A stretch of 39,687 bases of DNA from a virus. The position numbers were made by a program, and so were the translations under genes. Positions within the stretch are counted from its first letter, which is position 1. Every line of letters begins with the position of its first letter. The DNA lies in the UHGV virus genome UHGV-0317772. One strand, 5' to 3'. Shown one piece after another: positions 34,110-39,687 of the stretch. Below the pieces are notes generated by a model that did no database searches, was not told the origin of the DNA, and worked only from the letters and a program-made list of their open reading frames with translations.

Positions 34110-37100
34110 ATGGCTAAAAAGAGAACAGAAGCAGAAGTAACTTTCATAGCTAACGATGACGGATTGAAATCTACGTTAAAAGAAATCAGTGCTGAATTAA
34201 CTAAAAATAGAGCAGAATTAAAACTAGAACAAGCTCAATTACAACAGACTGGTTCTGAATCAGACAAGTTAGGAAGTAAATTATCTTCTTTAGAAAAGCA
34301 GTATGAATTACAAAGCCAAAAAGTTGAAGTAACTAGCCAACGTTTAGCCAATGCCAAAAAATATTATGGAGAAAATTCCACCGAAGTTCAGAAACTTGAG
34401 AGAGAACTGATTAACCAACAAACAGCGCAACAACGTTTGTCAAACGAAATTGATAAAACGAGTAATACACTAGCTCAAGCAAAAGGCGAAATACAGACGT
34501 ACGAGTCTACAATGCAACAGTTGGATAGTGAACAAAAAAATGTTCAAGCTAGTGCTTCTCTGATTGAATCCGAATACAAAAAATGGCAAGTAACTGCTGG
34601 TCAATCAGCTTCTGAATCCGAGAAATTAGCGAAAGCCCAAGAATATGTTTCTCAACAATCTGAAAATGCAGAGAAAACGATAGATATCCTGAGACGACAG
34701 TTAGAAGCTACACAGTCTGAGTTTGGCGCTACATCCACAGAAGCAATGCAGATGGAGGCGAAGCTTAATGATGCTGAACGTGAATTTGAAGAGTTAGGAC
34801 AAGCTGCTAAAAATGTAGATACAACTAACTTGGACGATATCGGAAGCAAAATAGATATGAATAATTTAATGGAAGCTTCTGACGTTTTAAGCGACATTGG
34901 CGATAAGCTTACAGAATTAGGGAAACAAGCAGTGGACTCTGCTAACAGTGTAGGTAGTTCCCAGAGTAAAATACAAGCTAATTTTGGTTTGACTAAACAA
35001 GAGGCTGAAGAATTAACGAATGTAGCCAGAGACATTTATTATAAAGGTTTTGGAGAATCGTTAGATCAGTCCACAGATGCATTGATTTTGGTAAAGCGTA
35101 ATTTAGGCGATTTAAATAATCAAGATTTACAAAATATTACGGAACAAGCTATGGTCCTAGAAAACACCATGGGCGCTGATATGGATGAAACGTTACGTGG
35201 TGTAAATGGCTTAATGGTCAACTTCGGATTGAGCGCTCAAGATGCAATGGATTTAATGGTTTCGGGTACTCAAAACGGTTTAGATAAAACGCACGAATTA
35301 GGCGACAATATGGCAGAATATAGCCAATTATGGAGTCAAATGGGATATTCAGCTGATGAAACGTTCGGAATGCTTCAAAATGGTTTAGATGCGGGTGCTT
35401 ATAACCTTGATAAAGTCAATGACTTAGTTAAGGAAATGGGAATATCGTTAACAGATGGTCGATTTGAGCAAAACATGGATATGTTTAGTGAAAGTACTAG
35501 AAAAGCTTTTGAAGAGTGGAAAAATGGTGGAGGAACACAAAAAGACGTTATTAATTCCATGATTCAAGATTTTAGCAATATGGATGGTCAATACGACCAA
35601 TTAAATAAAGCTTCTACAATTTGGTCTGCACTTGGCGAAGATAACGCGATGAAAGTTGTCCAATCTTTGACTGATGTTAACCATACATTTGATGATGTTA
35701 GTGGATCTGCACAAAAAATGAATGAAGATTCTACTACTCCGTTACAAGAATTAAACGGAAAAATAGCTGAATTAAAGGATTCATTAGCTCCTATAGGCAA
35801 CACAATCATAGATGCACTCGAACCAGTAATTGATTTTCTAGGAAAGATGGCTGATGCGTTTAATAATCTTCCACAACCAGTACAGGATTATGCCGTAGCG
35901 ATTGGCGGATTGACTGCTGCATTTACTTTATTAATGCCAATAATAGTTGGCTTCATGGCTCTAGGTGGTCCTACTACATTAATAATAGGAGCAGTTATTA
36001 CTGCTATTGCTGGAGTTATAGCAATTATAAAAAACTGGGGCGCAATTACTGACTGGTTTAAGGGAATATGGAGTAAATTCACTGATTGGTTGGGTGGTAC
36101 TTGGGAAAGCATAAAAGAAGGTGCCTCATCAGTTTGGGATGGAGTCAAAGAAACCTGGTCTGGATTTGTAGATTGGGTTCAAGAAATTTGGCAAGGAGTT
36201 TCTGATTGGTTTGGAGAGTTATGGAGCGGATTAGTTGAAGGAGCTTCCAACATCTGGCAAGGAGTCCAAGAGACTTGGCAAGCATTCGTTGATTGGGTTT
36301 CAAATATTTGGAACGGAGTCAAAGAAGTATGGTCGATTATTTGGGCAGACATTGTAGGAATTGTTCAAATACCATGGACATTAATAACGTCATTGATTCA
36401 AGCTGGTATTAATATTATCGTGGGTATCTTTGATGTAGCTGGACAGTTATTAGGCGCAGCTTGGCAAGCTGTTTGGACACCTATTTCTGATTTCCTTAAA
36501 AATACTTGGGATACTATGACACAATGGATAAGCATCGCTTGGAATGGAATTGTAACTACATTCCATACTATATTTGATCCAGTAGTGGCATGGTGGAATG
36601 GTATATGGACATCTATTAGTACTACGGCTTCAAATATTTGGAACTCAATTAGTGCAACAGCTTCTAGTATTTGGAATAGTATCAAGAATACAATCACTAG
36701 CTTGGTACAAGCAGCTGCTACAGTAATTCAAAATATTTGGTCAACTGTATCTAGTTGGTTAGGTGGAATTTGGAATTCAATCAGCTCTACAGCATCAAAT
36801 ATCTGGAGTAGCGTGACTAGTAGTATAAGCAATGCTATAAACGCAGCTAAAAGTGCCATTCAAAGTGTTTGGAATAGTATATCTTCGTGGATCAGCGGAA
36901 TTTGGAACGGTATCAAAAACACTGCTTTGAATCTTTGGAATGGAATTACAAGCACTATTAGCTCTAAAGTAAACGATGGAAAAAATGCAATTTCAAGCGG
37001 TTGGTCCAATCTAACAGGTATTGTTTCCGACATATTCAATAATGTTAAAAGCACGATAGCTAATATATGGGAAGGTATCAAAAAGACTGTTAGCGCTCCG

Positions 37101-37529
37101 ATTGATTGGATTAGAGATAAAATCAGTAGTGTCTTTGATAATTTGAATATTTCTATACCACATATTCCGTTACCACATTTTAAATTGAGCGGAGAATTCA
37201 ATCCATTGAAGGGGAAAATCCCAACATTGGGTGTTGATTGGTATGCGAAAGGTAGTGTGTTTAATTCTCCAAATATTATCGGTGTAGGTGAATCAGGACC
37301 TGAAGCAGTTTTACCTTTGAAAAGATCTGTGCTGCAAGAAATTGGTGATCGTATCTTGAGTAGCACCTCAGTTTCATCTAGGACACAAGCGGTTCAACCT
37401 GTGAACAATTACGAATTCAATTTCACAATTGATGGTAACGCAGATGAAGTCACTATGAAGCAAACAACTCAACAAATCATTGATAGCATTACAAAAGTTC
37501 AAAATGATAATGCTTCGGCATGGCGTTAA
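34110..37529 (+). CDS. Tail tape measure protein
   Basis: 1139 aa with an N-terminal coiled coil, a transmembrane/Gly-rich core and a C-terminal array of about 11-residue W/I-periodic repeats. Confidence 0.85.
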   Translation: MAKKRTEAEVTFIANDDGLKSTLKEISAELTKNRAELKLEQAQLQQTGSESDKLGSKLSSLEKQYELQSQKVEVTSQRLANAKKYYGENSTEVQKLERELINQQTAQQRLSNEIDKTSNTLAQAKGEIQTYESTMQQLDSEQKNVQASASLIESEYKKWQVTAGQSASESEKLAKAQEYVSQQSENAEKTIDILRRQLEATQSEFGATSTEAMQMEAKLNDAEREFEELGQAAKNVDTTNLDDIGSKIDMNNLMEASDVLSDIGDKLTELGKQAVDSANSVGSSQSKIQANFGLTKQEAEELTNVARDIYYKGFGESLDQSTDALILVKRNLGDLNNQDLQNITEQAMVLENTMGADMDETLRGVNGLMVNFGLSAQDAMDLMVSGTQNGLDKTHELGDNMAEYSQLWSQMGYSADETFGMLQNGLDAGAYNLDKVNDLVKEMGISLTDGRFEQNMDMFSESTRKAFEEWKNGGGTQKDVINSMIQDFSNMDGQYDQLNKASTIWSALGEDNAMKVVQSLTDVNHTFDDVSGSAQKMNEDSTTPLQELNGKIAELKDSLAPIGNTIIDALEPVIDFLGKMADAFNNLPQPVQDYAVAIGGLTAAFTLLMPIIVGFMALGGPTTLIIGAVITAIAGVIAIIKNWGAITDWFKGIWSKFTDWLGGTWESIKEGASSVWDGVKETWSGFVDWVQEIWQGVSDWFGELWSGLVEGASNIWQGVQETWQAFVDWVSNIWNGVKEVWSIIWADIVGIVQIPWTLITSLIQAGINIIVGIFDVAGQLLGAAWQAVWTPISDFLKNTWDTMTQWISIAWNGIVTTFHTIFDPVVAWWNGIWTSISTTASNIWNSISATASSIWNSIKNTITSLVQAAATVIQNIWSTVSSWLGGIWNSISSTASNIWSSVTSSISNAINAAKSAIQSVWNSISSWISGIWNGIKNTALNLWNGITSTISSKVNDGKNAISSGWSNLTGIVSDIFNNVKSTIANIWEGIKKTVSAPIDWIRDKISSVFDNLNISIPHIPLPHFKLSGEFNPLKGKIPTLGVDWYAKGSVFNSPNIIGVGESGPEAVLPLKRSVLQEIGDRILSSTSVSSRTQAVQPVNNYEFNFTIDGNADEVTMKQTTQQIIDSITKVQNDNASAWR

Positions 37530-37579
37530 ACAGGAGAGTATTTCTCCTGTTTTTTTAGTATTAAAAAGGATGTGAAAAA

Positions 37580-38317
37580 ATGACTGATTGTATACATTCT
37601 ATAATCGATGGATTTCCTGATTATTTGCATAAATTGGCTTTAGCTGAAAGACCAACCATACCTTCTCCAAAAAGACAGAGAGTTGAAACTTCTGTTTTAG
37701 GAAGGTTAGGTGGCTTAGTGCAAGATTACTCGTTTGAAGACATGTCGTTTACATTGCACTATAACTATTTAGAGGATGTGGAAGACCATCAAGCGTTCAA
37801 GCAATCGTTTTATATCATGCGTCATTGGTTAAACTATGCAAAGAAATTAGAATTCTCTGACGATCCCAACGTCTATTACGTTATCCAGACTATCGATATT
37901 GGGGATGCAGAAAACGATATTGTTGAATGGGGAGAGTTCGATGTAAATATTACTGCGAAACCATTCGCAAGAGTTCAAGAAGATGTACCTATAACCGTAG
38001 ATAAACCACAGTCATTTAACTTGCTGAATAATAGTTTAGAAGAAAGTTTTCCAAAGATTATCATCACTCCTTCAGCTACTTCATGCCAGTTCATCTTAAA
38101 TGATTATGTGTTTAGTTTCGAAGGCTTAGTAGCAGGAACTGATGTAGTCATTGATAGTGATTTGATGCTTTGCTACGAAGAGCAATCGGACGGAGATATT
38201 TTAGATCGGTCCAACAAAATGAAGACCATGCAATATCCGACATTGCAAGTGGATATCAATCATTTTAATTGCACTGGTTTGAGCAAAATACAAATTTATC
38301 GTAACGGGTTAAGGTAG
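37580..38317 (+). CDS. Distal tail protein (Dit)
   Basis: 245 aa, immediately after the tape-measure gene. Confidence 0.6.
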   Translation: MTDCIHSIIDGFPDYLHKLALAERPTIPSPKRQRVETSVLGRLGGLVQDYSFEDMSFTLHYNYLEDVEDHQAFKQSFYIMRHWLNYAKKLEFSDDPNVYYVIQTIDIGDAENDIVEWGEFDVNITAKPFARVQEDVPITVDKPQSFNLLNNSLEESFPKIIITPSATSCQFILNDYVFSFEGLVAGTDVVIDSDLMLCYEEQSDGDILDRSNKMKTMQYPTLQVDINHFNCTGLSKIQIYRNGLR

Positions 38318-38326
38318 GTGAAATAG

Positions 38327-39687
38327 ATGATCGATAATTTAATAACTATTTACGATAAAAATGACGCGAATAATTTAGCTGAACATTTATATGATACGCA
38401 AGGTTTAGGCGCTTTGTCAGACTGGTTAACAGCTACTGTTAGCAATAAACTAAACGGAGCCGAGATATTTCAGGGTACTTATCCAATAAGCGGAACTAAT
38501 GCAGATTTGATTGTAGAAGGACGTATTATTCAGTGTTATGTAGATGAAAATCGAGCAAAACAGCGTCTACGGATTTATTATGCAAAAACTTCTGTAATAG
38601 GCAATACGATAGAAGTAAAAGCTGAACCTATTTTCAATGATATAAGAAAATCGGTGTTGAATAAATATGACAGCGGAACAGAAAAAATCACTGCTACTCA
38701 GGCATGGCAAAACGCAAAAGCTTTAGCGAAACCAGCTATCCCTTCGCAGTTTTCTTTCTCGTCATTAGTAGATACGCTTGCTAATGTGAAGATAGAAAAA
38801 GCGAATTTTTTAGAATTCTTTGGTGGAAAAGAGGGATCTATTCTAGATCGATTTCATGGGGAATTTCTTAAAGATAATAACACATTACATCATGAAAAAA
38901 GGCTAGGTACGGATCATAAAATCAAAGCGATTTATACTAAAAATTTAACTGGTCTTGACTTAGAGATAGATGCTCAAAGCGTTTTAGTTGGAGTTTATCC
39001 ATTCATTAGCAGTTCTTCAGAAGGAGAAGACGAGATCACTCTACCAGAAGAAGTCATTTTCACGGATTACGTGGATGATTATCCTGCTGGATATGTTTCT
39101 TTTGTTGATTTTAAAGACAAAGCGACTGATGTAGCCACATTAAGGGAAGCTGCTAAAGACTGGTTGAAAACAAACATAGATAAACAAAAACCACAAGTGA
39201 GTGGTTCGATTGAATTAGTACCATTGAGGCATCAAAGAGGCTATGAAAAATTTGTTGATCTAGAAAAAGTTTCGATGGGTGACGGAGTAGATGTGTATCA
39301 TCCACAGTTAAAAGTGAATATGTCAGCGAGAATTGTGGAATATACGTTTAATGTTCTAACCAATTCATACGATAAATTAGTTGTAGGAAACGTCAAAACA
39401 AACTTCTTAGAAAACACAGAGAATAATGTAAGCAATTTGATTAATGATGCCATTGATCAATTGAAAAATGGTGGCGAAATCAGTGATTTAATCAATGATA
39501 TTGTAGATCATCAAACTGATATGATTACTGGTCAAAATGGTGGTTATGTTTTATTAGATCCTAAAGAAGCGCCTAGTCGTATTTTGATTATGGACACACC
39601 AGATAAGAATACCGCAAGGAATGTTTTACAAATCAACAATGCTGGTATTGGTTTTTCTAAAACTGGCATTAATGGAACATATGAAAC
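38327..39687 (+). CDS. Tail-associated lysin / tail endopeptidase (Tal), 3' end outside the window
   Basis: RBS AAGGTAGGTGAAATAGATG. It runs off the window in the same codon phase in which the first ORF enters at base 2. Confidence 0.6.
   Translation, partial: MIDNLITIYDKNDANNLAEHLYDTQGLGALSDWLTATVSNKLNGAEIFQGTYPISGTNADLIVEGRIIQCYVDENRAKQRLRIYYAKTSVIGNTIEVKAEPIFNDIRKSVLNKYDSGTEKITATQAWQNAKALAKPAIPSQFSFSSLVDTLANVKIEKANFLEFFGGKEGSILDRFHGEFLKDNNTLHHEKRLGTDHKIKAIYTKNLTGLDLEIDAQSVLVGVYPFISSSSEGEDEITLPEEVIFTDYVDDYPAGYVSFVDFKDKATDVATLREAAKDWLKTNIDKQKPQVSGSIELVPLRHQRGYEKFVDLEKVSMGDGVDVYHPQLKVNMSARIVEYTFNVLTNSYDKLVVGNVKTNFLENTENNVSNLINDAIDQLKNGGEISDLINDIVDHQTDMITGQNGGYVLLDPKEAPSRILIMDTPDKNTARNVLQINNAGIGFSKTGINGTYE

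Noticed and set aside
34652-37366. Minus-strand ORFs inside the tape-measure gene (34652-35035, 35588-35809, 35888-36148, 36398-36697, 36860-37366)
   Set aside because: They are antisense to a long, well-supported gene and lie in a repeat-rich, low-complexity region, so they are spurious.

Overview
This is a low-GC Firmicutes temperate siphovirus, either a complete circularly permuted genome or two tandem related prophages. The reading direction runs: tail tip, tail fibre and lysis cassette (1-5153), a tRNA-Met(CAT), a roughly 4.8 kb accessory region, then the integrase and lysogeny switch (10240-13160). These are followed by early and replication genes (13200-22600), an ArpU-type late regulator, a moron/RNA region (23080-24850), and a cos-type packaging module with HNH, P27-family TerS and TerL. 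The head module (portal, ClpP-like protease, HK97-like major capsid) and tail module (chaperone with -1 frameshift, tape measure, Dit, Tal) complete the window. The accessory region holds a complete IS3-family element nested into a truncated IS150-like element, a three-gene cargo operon with upstream iterons, and a 76-91 bp direct repeat. The first ORF enters the window without a start, and the last ORF leaves it in the matching codon phase, both in tail-tip-like sequence. The most interesting items are (i) a major capsid protein ending in a Thr13 tract followed immediately by a glycosyltransferase-like gene, (ii) the IS-flanked three-gene cargo cassette inside the direct repeats, (iii) a tandem pair of tRNA-like structured RNA elements with covarying stems, (iv) a lone Cas2-fold-like moron with its own promoter and insulating terminator, and (v) a face-to-face symmetric promoter pair at the genetic switch.
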